Source: a virus (taxonomy: Duplodnaviria; Caudoviricetes). Taken from it: a DNA stretch of 64,000 nt. Each line of letters starts with the position of its first letter. Position 1 is the stretch's first letter. Location: IMG/VR virus record IMGVR_UViG_3300028624_000003, positions 32,001 through 96,000 of that record; one strand, 5' to 3'. Both the position numbers and the translations under genes were made by a program. Shown here in pieces: positions 30,359 to 39,604 of this stretch. The notes under the pieces were generated by a model. It was not told the DNA's origin and ran no database searches. It saw only the letters and a program-made list of their open reading frames with translations.

Positions 30359-31370
30359 TAGGATGTATCAATTTGTTGGCAGTAAAATTGTACATGCTGT
30401 GCTAATGGTGTGCGCAAACTGCCAAGCATGCATGAGTCCTCTCTGACGACCATGCTGGTGGCTGAGACTCCTACATCTCAGCCATCTACTATAGTTCAGG
30501 CTGGTTCCCGCTATCCACGTCCAAGTCCCTAGCGCACATCAGCGCTTTGACGCCGGCGGTATTATCGTCCTTAACACGGAAATGAATATTGACCGATGAC
30601 GTGCTCGGCTATCGCCACGGCCGGGAACCAGTCTGACATGACCGGACCAGTGTCTTAACCAGTTAATCCACCTTGCGTCATGGCGTGTCTCCTTAAACCC
30701 CCTACCACGCAACAAATTCTACTAGATCACGTACAGAGATATCTCTCCCCTCTGTATATCGCAATCGCAACCGCACTGCGTGAGACGCGATCATTGGTGA
30801 CCTAGTGACAGGTGAAATTCCTGTCCTCGATAACGTCGGCAAAATGCGGACATAAATCGATGAGAATGGGATAAACGTCCACGGTTGCACAGAGACGCTG
30901 GTCCGGTCAAACTTTAGTGGTTTATCCTGGTACTCGCTGCCGCCCTCGCACTCCCCACAAGGAGCACCCGTAAAGGGATTCGGCCGCAGCCTTGCCAGGT
31001 TTGTGAGATGCCCAGCCAAGCGAGCACATCGCTCCATTCTTGGCGATATTAACCCAGATTGTGTAGCACAGGACCGCGAAGCGGTGTCCATGATCGTAGA
31101 CACTTCCATCGACTACATCATGGCGGATTATCCGTTTGAACCGATTTCGTTAGCCTACAGAGAAATGGTTGGCGAGTCGACAACATCGTCGTTCGCAGTG
31201 TCGAATGTCCGCGTCGATCAGCAGCTCGGTGAAGCCGGGCGTTAGCTCCGGCGGGACAATTCGGCTATGGGGGAATAATTTTAGATGGATTACCCCGTAG
31301 TCTACGCACTACCCGGACGAAATAATGGGCCTTCTAGGACCGGGAGCATGCCAGCTCCCGGTCCATTTTC
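30357..31370 (+). ncRNA. Candidate ~1 kb structured non-coding RNA of unknown class
   Basis: No credible ORF; promoter motif at the 5' end and hairpin plus T-tract at the 3' end; long-range helices 30496-30510/30622-30636 (15 bp) and 30639-30655/30893-30909 (17 bp), each with a G-U pair valid only on the + strand; many local hairpins. Confidence 0.75.
31337..31369 (+). terminator. Hairpin terminator closing the candidate ncRNA
   Basis: ggaccgggagc-atgcca-gctcccggtcc followed by atttt. Confidence 0.7.
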
Positions 31371-31415
31371 CTAGCCTTATGTTCTTTTAAATTTTTGACA
31401 GCAGAGGAATATGAG

Positions 31416-31697
31416 ATGAACCGTATCGACGACACGTTTCTTACATTTCCTGAATTCGTGAAGCACATGAAAAAATTGGAAGGAGTCGACATCATCGACT
31501 ACATACCTGAAGAATTCGTGACTGACATTCATGTCATGCAACTATTCCCCAGATACAAAGAACCGTACTCTGTACGGAACCCCAACAAAACCATAGAAGA
31601 TATGATAAGAGATCGAGTGATTCCTGTAGTAGTAGCATTTGTGCACCTACCTAAGACACACTACGTAATGTTTTCTGAGCTTACAGGAACTGCGTAA
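31416..31697 (+). CDS. Hypothetical protein
   Basis: GAGG RBS, about 93 aa. Confidence 0.65.
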   Translation: MNRIDDTFLTFPEFVKHMKKLEGVDIIDYIPEEFVTDIHVMQLFPRYKEPYSVRNPNKTIEDMIRDRVIPVVVAFVHLPKTHYVMFSELTGTA

Positions 31698-31716
31698 TAA
31701 AAAGGAGTTGGGTTAA

Positions 31717-32091
31717 ATGAGCAATGACGATTACTTGAACGACATCATGATGGCAGGAGTACATGCACGCGAAGACTATGTCATATCGCAGCTCAAAAAA
31801 GGCAAACCTGTAAACCATGCAGAAATGCGTCGTCGTGGAGTTAGTGCAAGTGAACGTGCTGCCACTTTCGGACTGACCCCTCAGGCACTTACCCAGCTTC
31901 TGACTCTTCCTGGAATGGGAAGGATGGAAATGAACCGACTCAACATGAAGATACAAGAATTTCTTGATCAAGATCCCCCTGTCTCGAATGACGTCTCACC
32001 TAAAGGAAAGATACTTCCTTTCGTACGTCCGGAAAAGAAAAGCTTTCTTGCACCTGCAGAATACGACGAATATGGTGATCCAGATGAGTAA
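31717..32091 (+). CDS. Hypothetical protein with possible HhH-like segment
   Basis: AAGGAG RBS; LLTLPGMG. Confidence 0.7.
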   Translation: MSNDDYLNDIMMAGVHAREDYVISQLKKGKPVNHAEMRRRGVSASERAATFGLTPQALTQLLTLPGMGRMEMNRLNMKIQEFLDQDPPVSNDVSPKGKILPFVRPEKKSFLAPAEYDEYGDPDE

Positions 32092-32233
32092 GAATGAAGA
32101 TGAAGAAATTGTCGGGTTCTACGGTACAATCGGTGTGGTAGGTACTACCAATTCGAACGGCGAATATGTACCTGACAGTGTGGGACGAAAGTCCGATCTC
32201 GATGAAAATGTAGAAGCTCCTGTAGACCAGTAG
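32084..32233 (+). CDS. Small hypothetical protein
   Basis: ATG overlaps the upstream gene end; 49 aa. Confidence 0.45.
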   Translation: MSKNEDEEIVGFYGTIGVVGTTNSNGEYVPDSVGRKSDLDENVEAPVDQ

Positions 32234-32417
32234 GTAAGACGTGCGGCATAACGGCATAGAGGGGCAGAGCAGGGTTGACGGACCCTGCTCTGCGTGAAGG
32301 AAGGGGCGAGAGTGCGCTAACTTACTCACAATTCCGACCGAGTGAGTATCTGCATTCTGGTGTGGGCTGCAGAGTAGCGCATAGAATTAACATGTGTTAT
32401 TTCAATTGACATATGGA

Positions 32418-32435
32418 AATATATTACAACGATGA
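32418..32435 (+). promoter_or_regulatory. Phage early-type promoter motif
   Basis: AATATATTAC-aacga-TGA. Confidence 0.65.
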
Positions 32436-32496
32436 GAGGCCGGTACTATAATACCCCTCGGTGAGACAACCCATATAACTTAAGGAGCCTTAGGAG

Positions 32497-32838
32497 ATGG
32501 AACTCAGCGAACGCGTCGACGGGATTCTTCAACTTTGCGAACACATCGAAAACAACAAGAAGAACTATCCTGACGGGCTGGTAACTGCAGTATCGTTCAA
32601 CAACAGAAAGAAGTGCTCGTCGTTCACGATCATGTGTGAAGGCGCCAAACTCTCGGTGGTCGTCGATCCGACCATTCCCAAGTTGTCTGTTCTGGTTGAC
32701 GATGGATTTCGCAAGATCCTTCGTGTGGACATTCGCAAGAAGTTGCATTCTGTCGTGGGCGATGGTTCCGTGGTCATCCGTCGTATCGCTCAACACATTC
32801 CCGAAATCAGCAAGCTCATCACGCTGTCGGCGAATTAA
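32497..32838 (+). CDS. Hypothetical protein
   Basis: 113 aa, AGGAG upstream. Confidence 0.7.
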   Translation: MELSERVDGILQLCEHIENNKKNYPDGLVTAVSFNNRKKCSSFTIMCEGAKLSVVVDPTIPKLSVLVDDGFRKILRVDIRKKLHSVVGDGSVVIRRIAQHIPEISKLITLSAN

Positions 32839-32851
32839 GGAGTGATGCACA

Positions 32852-33088
32852 ATGAGCAAATGCACAAAGAACAAACCAACCGCACAGGGTACTAAGATTC
32901 CTCAACTGGGTAGATGTTTCGATTTCTCCCAGGTTTTCAAAGATCCAGAACCGGAAGATACTTCCACCCAATCTCTTCCGGAACAACACCGACCGGCTAC
33001 TCCTCAACAAGAACCGAGAAGCTATTTTCTAAAGGAGTCCCGACTGACTCCCGCCGAACGTGAGCGGTACGCGAAGAGGTTCAAGTAG
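32852..33088 (+). CDS. Hypothetical protein
   Basis: AAGGAG RBS, 78 aa. Confidence 0.65.
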   Translation: MSKCTKNKPTAQGTKIPQLGRCFDFSQVFKDPEPEDTSTQSLPEQHRPATPQQEPRSYFLKESRLTPAERERYAKRFK

Positions 33089-33106
33089 ACCGCGCAACGG
33101 AGATCG

Positions 33107-33583
33107 ATGGTTATGGCTACAACTCGAAATATTTACGACAAAGTGGACTCCCTGATCGCAGCTCGCTGGGTGTCTATTCTGAAGAAGGAACTGCGTGAGC
33201 TGCTCCGTGGTGTAGTAGATGGCGACATCCGTACATCCAAGCACGTGGTTTCTAAGATGTCTAACGGGTCTCTTAGAATAGAAATATCGGACAGCGAAGA
33301 GCCAAGTGATTATGGCATTGTCTATTCGCTCGGAGATAACTCCGTAGTGATTCGCTATCGTACAGGGAGTCGCAGATCCTGCACGGTACGTATGCTGAAC
33401 ACGAGTGGGTACATCACCACTACTGTACAAGCCAGTAGCAAAAAAGTTCCTCAAGCTGGACTGCACTGGTTCCGAAAAGCATTTGATCTGCCCACAGCGA
33501 ATGACGCTCTGGCGACACGTGAAGCGATGCAGTTGAAAGACGAAAAGAGCCTTATCGACTGTTACCTGAAATACTGGGATTAA
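33107..33583 (+). CDS. Hypothetical protein
   Basis: GGAG RBS, 158 aa, followed by a hairpin. Confidence 0.7.
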   Translation: MVMATTRNIYDKVDSLIAARWVSILKKELRELLRGVVDGDIRTSKHVVSKMSNGSLRIEISDSEEPSDYGIVYSLGDNSVVIRYRTGSRRSCTVRMLNTSGYITTTVQASSKKVPQAGLHWFRKAFDLPTANDALATREAMQLKDEKSLIDCYLKYWD

Positions 33584-33622
33584 CTACTAGCTAGAGAGGG
33601 ACGCATTGCGTCCCTCTCTAGT

Positions 33623-36178
33623 TCAGGAGATATCCACGTGTCGATTCATTTTTTCTGGTCGGACTATGTTGTTATCAGACAAACACAGAACTTCTCCATC
33701 AGCGAAACCGTCGTAAAGCACAGCTTCATGATGAACCATCCATAGTTGACTGACTAGTCTTTGGTCTATGAGCGAGCGTAGCCAGTCTAGTAGGGCACCT
33801 TTGTGTGCATGGTCAAAACCTTCGTCACATTCATCCAGATATATTGGATAGTCCGTCAGATTTTTGCAAAGAACGAATGCTAATGTCCATGCCAGATTCA
33901 TCATCGCTTCTTGCGCTTTACTGAGCGACTCTAGATCTGGTACCACCACATCGTCCACCTGTACCTTGAATGTACCGTCAAATGTATCCGTATATGTGAG
34001 CGGTATGACACTGAATGGATAAGACCACACTTGCGCTAACACACAGTTCACGTTGTGAATGAGTGAATTGGCGAAGTCTATCATGTGCCGGTGAGGAAAC
34101 CCGGTATACGGTGAGATACTTCTAGCTACATGCTCTAACTCTATTTTTCGTGTAGTGATCGTGGACGCAGTATCTTCCGCATCTTTGAGTCTGGCTATAA
34201 GACCAGTCTGATCTTTCAGTGAGTTGTCAATTTCTCGTAACTGAGTGTTCAGCTCATCTATTCTAGTTTTAACTGCAGATATTTGCAGATCACAGAACTC
34301 GAGATTCATCTTCGATATGTCGCGATTTATGATCTGCGATAGACGCTCCTGATACTCCTCTATTTTGGATTTCACGTATACAAAACGCTCGGTGTCTGTG
34401 AGATGTTTTGTACGTTCCTTCAGATAAGTTTCGTCGGTACGTATATCTGTCTGCAAGTCACTGAACTTCTGTTTTGTACGATTCAACAACGAGTGAATGA
34501 AGTCGATAGATGCTGCTCCAGACTCTTGCATCTTTTTCAGCTTGTCTAAGATTGTTTGTTTTCGATGCTCGAGTTCTTCTTGCTGGTCATAGAGAGACGC
34601 CATTGCTAACGTCTGCGTCAGTTCTACTATCAGTTGATTGGGATTCCTGTATAGAACTTCTTGCAGATCTTCCAACTTCTTGTTGGATTTAGTGTTCTGT
34701 AAAGAATATTGAATTTCGTAGATACAATCTAGAGCATCTTTGTACTTCAGATAGTTTTCGTTAAGCTTCTCGAATCCACGACTTGCTATCCGTTCTTTTC
34801 TCTGAAGTTCTGATATATACATCCTAGCTGCTTCTTTCTTGCTAGTGAGATCCTTCATCTTCTCTTTGTAATGCTTCAGTAAATCACACGACGTTTCTTC
34901 GTACTGACATGGTACATCCATCTTCAGAGCCATCAGTTCTTTTTCTGACTCTTCTAGAATGGATATTTCTGAAGCTATTGTTGATTTCAGATACGTACTT
35001 TTTCGAATGAACAGATCTACTTTGTCCGCAAACTTCTTGACCAAAGTTGCAGTCACTTTAGACTTCAGTCTAAATTCAGTATATCTATTGATTCGTTCTA
35101 TTGTGTAGTTGTACTGTACAGTATGCACAGTAACTTCATCTAACGGAATTCGAGGATACCGTAAATCTAGTTTTTGTAGAATCTCTGAACTCTTCATGTC
35201 AATCAGTTTGAGTTCATTTTCCAGAAGCTCAATGGTTTCTCCTGATTCTGCCGTCTGAAGATGATTCATGTACAGTTCGATATCCTGCTGCAATCTGCCG
35301 AGATCACGATATCTTTCATCCAGCTTCTCTTTTGCTGAATCTATAATGATCTTGTTACGAACCACGTCTTCTTTGTATTGCGATAGTTCCCAGTTTCTGG
35401 GTACTTCGTGAAGTCCTACCAGCATCTTAGTCAGCGTAGTCTTACATGACTTTATAATAGACGCGGCAGTGATGTCGTCAGGTATGCTAGGTAGTTCGGC
35501 TATTTCAGCCAGAATTTGACCCCTCAAATTATTCAGATAGAACAGCTCACTAGTGTAGTTGGTCAGCTCGGCGTTCTTTGTCTTTCTCTGTTCCTCTAAA
35601 GATTCTCGTATATTGTCTGCCAGAAGTTTTGACTTGATTTCCTGAATCTTTCCGTTCAGTAGTGTCAAGTTATTTTTGCATTCCTTGATTCGTGATACTA
35701 TCAGCTTGTACTTATCTAGCACTATGGTCAGATCGATAGGGTTCAATGTAAGTAGGAACTGTCTTCTCTCTGCTTTACCCATTGAACACATCTTTTGGGA
35801 CATGTGCAGAAGTTTGTGTGTCGTTGTATCGTATCCCAGATGGTGTTGTACTAGCTCATTCTGTATCCCGGATGTTCCACTTGTATTTAAGTCCACTCCG
35901 TCTTTTATGAAAGAATGAGCGTGTCCTGATTTAGTGAAATCGGAGATCAGATCGTAGGTTGAACCTTCGTGTTCGATCACGAGATGTTTGGATCCACCCT
36001 TCCCGTACGAAGAGCTTACTGCAGCCATTGGGTGTAACTCATTCAGTAACGAGGTTTTCCCGCTACCGTTGTCACCAACTAGAATCTGAATCGGAGATGT
36101 GGCAGTAAGAGAAAGCTTGTTGACTTTTGCTAATTTGAAGGGATTGAATTTGTGTATTTTTGCGAACTTTATTTGCAT
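33623..36178 (-). CDS. sbcC: SbcC/Rad50-like SMC ATPase
   Basis: Walker A GDNGSGKTS, long coiled coil with a central Cys pair, signature LSKAQ, Walker B YLDE, H-loop. Confidence 0.9.
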   Translation of the reverse strand: MQIKFAKIHKFNPFKLAKVNKLSLTATSPIQILVGDNGSGKTSLLNELHPMAAVSSSYGKGGSKHLVIEHEGSTYDLISDFTKSGHAHSFIKDGVDLNTSGTSGIQNELVQHHLGYDTTTHKLLHMSQKMCSMGKAERRQFLLTLNPIDLTIVLDKYKLIVSRIKECKNNLTLLNGKIQEIKSKLLADNIRESLEEQRKTKNAELTNYTSELFYLNNLRGQILAEIAELPSIPDDITAASIIKSCKTTLTKMLVGLHEVPRNWELSQYKEDVVRNKIIIDSAKEKLDERYRDLGRLQQDIELYMNHLQTAESGETIELLENELKLIDMKSSEILQKLDLRYPRIPLDEVTVHTVQYNYTIERINRYTEFRLKSKVTATLVKKFADKVDLFIRKSTYLKSTIASEISILEESEKELMALKMDVPCQYEETSCDLLKHYKEKMKDLTSKKEAARMYISELQRKERIASRGFEKLNENYLKYKDALDCIYEIQYSLQNTKSNKKLEDLQEVLYRNPNQLIVELTQTLAMASLYDQQEELEHRKQTILDKLKKMQESGAASIDFIHSLLNRTKQKFSDLQTDIRTDETYLKERTKHLTDTERFVYVKSKIEEYQERLSQIINRDISKMNLEFCDLQISAVKTRIDELNTQLREIDNSLKDQTGLIARLKDAEDTASTITTRKIELEHVARSISPYTGFPHRHMIDFANSLIHNVNCVLAQVWSYPFSVIPLTYTDTFDGTFKVQVDDVVVPDLESLSKAQEAMMNLAWTLAFVLCKNLTDYPIYLDECDEGFDHAHKGALLDWLRSLIDQRLVSQLWMVHHEAVLYDGFADGEVLCLSDNNIVRPEKMNRHVDIS

Positions 36179-36290
36179 TGGATCCTCCTTATTTTGAGGT
36201 ATACAATTGGCTCACTGTGTAGGAATTAAGTCGCTAATTTTATGTGTTGCGGTTAAAAATTAAAGATCACCTCTATGTTAGGAGGGTATA

Positions 36291-36650
36291 ATGGCAATTG
36301 GCTTCAAAAGCATGCAAGCGTTCGTCAAGAATACGATACATCCGTATATCGTGAACTTGCGCGATCTCTGGCGTGACGATGTCGCATGGCTGAAGTCACT
36401 AATAGACGCACTCGATGCCCGGTTGACTCAGGCTATCATAGACTGGAACAATCGGCTTAATGCGTTAGACGTTCGACTCAGTAATGCTATCAACTCGGTT
36501 ACGGCATCGCTCGATACCCACGCAAACCGTAAAGACAACCCACACCGGGTAAAGACCATTCAAACCGTATACGGTGGAACGTCTTATACCACACCACCTT
36601 CCGACTCACAAGGTGAAGTGGGTGACATCTATATCGAGCGTATCAACTAA
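36291..36650 (+). CDS. Small fibre-like protein (coiled coil plus NPH motif)
   Basis: GGAGG RBS; HANRKDNPHRV; C-terminal GEVGDIYIE. Confidence 0.7.
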   Translation: MAIGFKSMQAFVKNTIHPYIVNLRDLWRDDVAWLKSLIDALDARLTQAIIDWNNRLNALDVRLSNAINSVTASLDTHANRKDNPHRVKTIQTVYGGTSYTTPPSDSQGEVGDIYIERIN

Positions 36651-36676
36651 TTACCTATCCCAGCGAGGCTAAATTC

Positions 36677-37615
36677 ATGGATATTGCACAATCGATCGTG
36701 TCGTTCAAATACGAACGCGGCCGTACCTCGTTTCTCGTAATCGACGGTTACGGATCTTTCCAACTCGATCAGTTCGAAAGTGCGGAATTCCCCTTCGATA
36801 ACGAAGGTACCCTTCTGTACGAACGTGACGAGCCAGAACAGTGCGTATACGGTCCTAAGTGGGACCGCAAGATGAGCGATGATCAGATCGCCAAGGTTCG
36901 TGAATTCGCAGGGACTCTTCCTGAGTCTCTTGAAATGCCTTTTACCGCGTACGATCCTGAAAGGGACAACATCTACGTGGGAGAAATGAGCATCAAAGAA
37001 GCTCGCAATGCTGGGTACGTCTGTACTACTGCACGACTCGATCATCCTGCATCCAAATTCGATGTCGCGAAATCCGCATGGACCCGAGTCAAAGCGGTTA
37101 TCACCGATGAAGGTACACTGGTACTCGACCCGTCTGGTTTCTGCGATCGGTGTGTCCTTTTCATGGATGAAGCAGAATGGTCTGTATTCCCGCATCCTGA
37201 CGAAGAACTCATCTCGATGGGAGTACTCAGGTACAATTTCAGTACTTCCACGTGGGACGACACACGCAGCAGCACAGATCTCCTTGACTCTCTTCGCATG
37301 AAGATTCACTCCGAGTGCGAGATGAAGATGATGAAGAAGGTTCAGGAGAGTGAAGTAAGCTGCTACGTGTGGAACTACAATACGGAAATCCTCCGCCAGC
37401 TTCGCAGAATGGCGGAAGTGAGTGGTTCCGAATTCCGTGGAGCTAACGAGATCGACGATCTCGATAACTTCGAGAAGGCTTTGAACTTGTTCCGTGTTCG
37501 TGCGATCAATAAGGTCGAAGATCTTCGTGCACTTGACGAATCTCAGGTGACGAAGGAATCCATTGCCGCACTCGAAACTGCGATCATTGCCGAACTGGAA
37601 TCATTCGCAAAGTAG
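36677..37615 (+). CDS. Hypothetical protein
   Basis: 312 aa, GAGG RBS, in an operon with the fibre-like gene. Confidence 0.75.
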   Translation: MDIAQSIVSFKYERGRTSFLVIDGYGSFQLDQFESAEFPFDNEGTLLYERDEPEQCVYGPKWDRKMSDDQIAKVREFAGTLPESLEMPFTAYDPERDNIYVGEMSIKEARNAGYVCTTARLDHPASKFDVAKSAWTRVKAVITDEGTLVLDPSGFCDRCVLFMDEAEWSVFPHPDEELISMGVLRYNFSTSTWDDTRSSTDLLDSLRMKIHSECEMKMMKKVQESEVSCYVWNYNTEILRQLRRMAEVSGSEFRGANEIDDLDNFEKALNLFRVRAINKVEDLRALDESQVTKESIAALETAIIAELESFAK

Positions 37616-37750
37616 ATTACACCATGAGAGATGCCCTGTTAGAGGCATCTCTCATGTATTCGATTTATGTCCATTCTGTAAAACTCTACAGGTGAATGCA
37701 ATTGTATAGTCTTCCCCAAAAATTTAAAAGCACAACCTGGGAGTACTCCC

Positions 37751-38683
37751 ATGAATTATACACCAGATCTCGAAACCCGGATGTCGACTGATGCGGAATT
37801 TGTGTGTTCCACAGTAGTCAACGATGTCGCGTACATTACAAATGCCACAGGAATCATCACCATCGACATGCATGTCAATAATGCAGAACATCGTGCACTA
37901 GTTCAGCACGCCAAGCGCGAAGGTAAAATTCTGGTACACCACATCAACTCTCCTACACTCAAGAAGTACGATCGTGTCGATATCTACAAGAAAGAATATT
38001 CCGAGTCCATTGACGTGTTCTGGTTGGTACAGCATTCCGGGCTGTTCGACGATACTTACGCAGTACGTTTTGATGAACACCCTGCCACCTGCCCATGTTG
38101 TGGTAGCTTCACAGTGCTGGATGAACTTGGTCTACACTGCATTAATTCACGGTGTGCTGCAAAAGTGTACAGATCGCTTATGCTCTACTGTGAGTGTTTC
38201 TATTCAGAGATCATCATGTCTGACTACCTATTACAGATACTCAGACGTCTGCTTCTAAATGATATCATTTCAGGTATACCTGATTTGTATGAAGTTACGG
38301 TCGAGCAAATCGATCAGTTGCAGATACCACGAGAAGATGCAATTGAGTTCGTTGAGCTGATACAAAGTAGACGAGGACATATCTCGTTCGAAAAGTATTT
38401 GACGTCTCTTAACATCGAATATTGGGCATATCTGGAGGACTACCCACAGTCACGTTCGGATAGTCCAAACACTGCCAGAATTCCCTTACTGCGTGAGGAT
38501 TCTGGTGCATTCCCTGACGTTGCTTCTTTTTGGGACTGGATGAAGAACATCGTTGATAGTGAGAGTTCGCCTCGTCCGTACATGAACGAAAGGATGTTCT
38601 ATTTAGTCTACAGATTCTTCTCGTGTTTGGAAAACAGAAAGGACTTGTACAGGTTGGAAGAACTGGGGGTCTTTCGTAAGTAA
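37751..38683 (+). CDS. NAD-dependent DNA ligase-like fragment (Zn finger plus HhH region)
   Basis: PATCPCCGS...LHCINSRCAAK and IISGIPDLYEVTVEQI; no KxDG adenylation motif. Confidence 0.65.
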   Translation: MNYTPDLETRMSTDAEFVCSTVVNDVAYITNATGIITIDMHVNNAEHRALVQHAKREGKILVHHINSPTLKKYDRVDIYKKEYSESIDVFWLVQHSGLFDDTYAVRFDEHPATCPCCGSFTVLDELGLHCINSRCAAKVYRSLMLYCECFYSEIIMSDYLLQILRRLLLNDIISGIPDLYEVTVEQIDQLQIPREDAIEFVELIQSRRGHISFEKYLTSLNIEYWAYLEDYPQSRSDSPNTARIPLLREDSGAFPDVASFWDWMKNIVDSESSPRPYMNERMFYLVYRFFSCLENRKDLYRLEELGVFRK

Positions 38684-38736
38684 ACACACTAGGTGAGGGA
38701 TTACCTCACCTAGTGTAAATTCATCATTATGTCAGA

Positions 38737-38754
38737 TATACATTATAATTTTGA
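38737..38754 (+). promoter_or_regulatory. Phage early-type promoter motif (one mismatch)
   Basis: TATACATTAT-aattt-TGA. Confidence 0.6.
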
Positions 38755-38850
38755 TGACCACATGAATTTCGTGTACATTAAAACACGCTGTGCACAATAT
38801 TGTGCACATAGTCCACCAACCCTTAACACATCTCCACAGCGGAGGACCCA

Positions 38851-39324
38851 ATGGAAGAGAACATCAAGACGGTTGAAGACGCTGCACGCTTCTTCAAGGA
38901 AAAGGGCGTCACGAAGGAAAACGGCACTGTCGTGCTGGCCAAGCCTGCGTACCTCGAATTCATGGCCGGCTGCGGCATCCCGAAGAAAGCGGTCGATCAG
39001 GTCACGCAAGCCAACTCGATGCTCATCGAAGCCGGGGTGGAAGTCGCCACCGGCGTGCTCACCAGCAAGATCAACGAAGGCAAGAAGGCCGGCAAGAATC
39101 CCAAGGAAAATCCTGTCGACTCGCGTGTCATCGTCGAGACTTCTGACGGCCGCATCGAAATCGCCCAGACCAGCTACCGTACCCGCCCCAACAACATGGC
39201 AGGTCCCGGCCAGATGTCGGAATCCTTCGGTCGTACGACCGTCAACCAGCGCTTCGGTCGTGCATACCCCAAGGGTAAGCGTGCCGAAATCAGTGAGCGT
39301 ATCCGCGCTCTGATCGAAGGGTAA
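38851..39324 (+). CDS. Hypothetical protein, probably highly expressed
   Basis: GGAGG RBS; strong C/G-ending codon bias; basic C-terminus; own terminator hairpin. Confidence 0.8.
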   Translation: MEENIKTVEDAARFFKEKGVTKENGTVVLAKPAYLEFMAGCGIPKKAVDQVTQANSMLIEAGVEVATGVLTSKINEGKKAGKNPKENPVDSRVIVETSDGRIEIAQTSYRTRPNNMAGPGQMSESFGRTTVNQRFGRAYPKGKRAEISERIRALIEG

Positions 39325-39604
39325 TCCCAGAAGATCCCGGCCTCATAAGGGCGGTAGACTCTTCTCGGTTTGCCGCCCTCTTTAAAACGATTACGTTATC
39401 AAATTGGCTAGGGTTAGATAAGGGTGGAAGGCAAAGGGGAGTGCTCGTTGTGAGCACTCCCCTGCGTCTCAAGTTTATGCTGCATTACGTGTGGAGAAGT
39501 CTACCTATACTGGTGGCTTTCTTCACCTACGTAAATAAATATACATCGGCTGGAAAGTTTTTATTCTGAAACGAACATATAACTTCCTCAAAAGGAGTTG
39601 ACTC

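Noticed and set aside
30443-30470. CTGACGA resembling a hammerhead ribozyme core
   Set aside because: No GAAA after a stem II and no matching stems I and III.
30702-31245. ORFs 30702..31109 (-) and 31003..31245 (+) inside the candidate ncRNA
   Set aside because: No good RBS, no recognisable motifs, and they overlap dense base-paired structure; a short peptide cannot be fully excluded.
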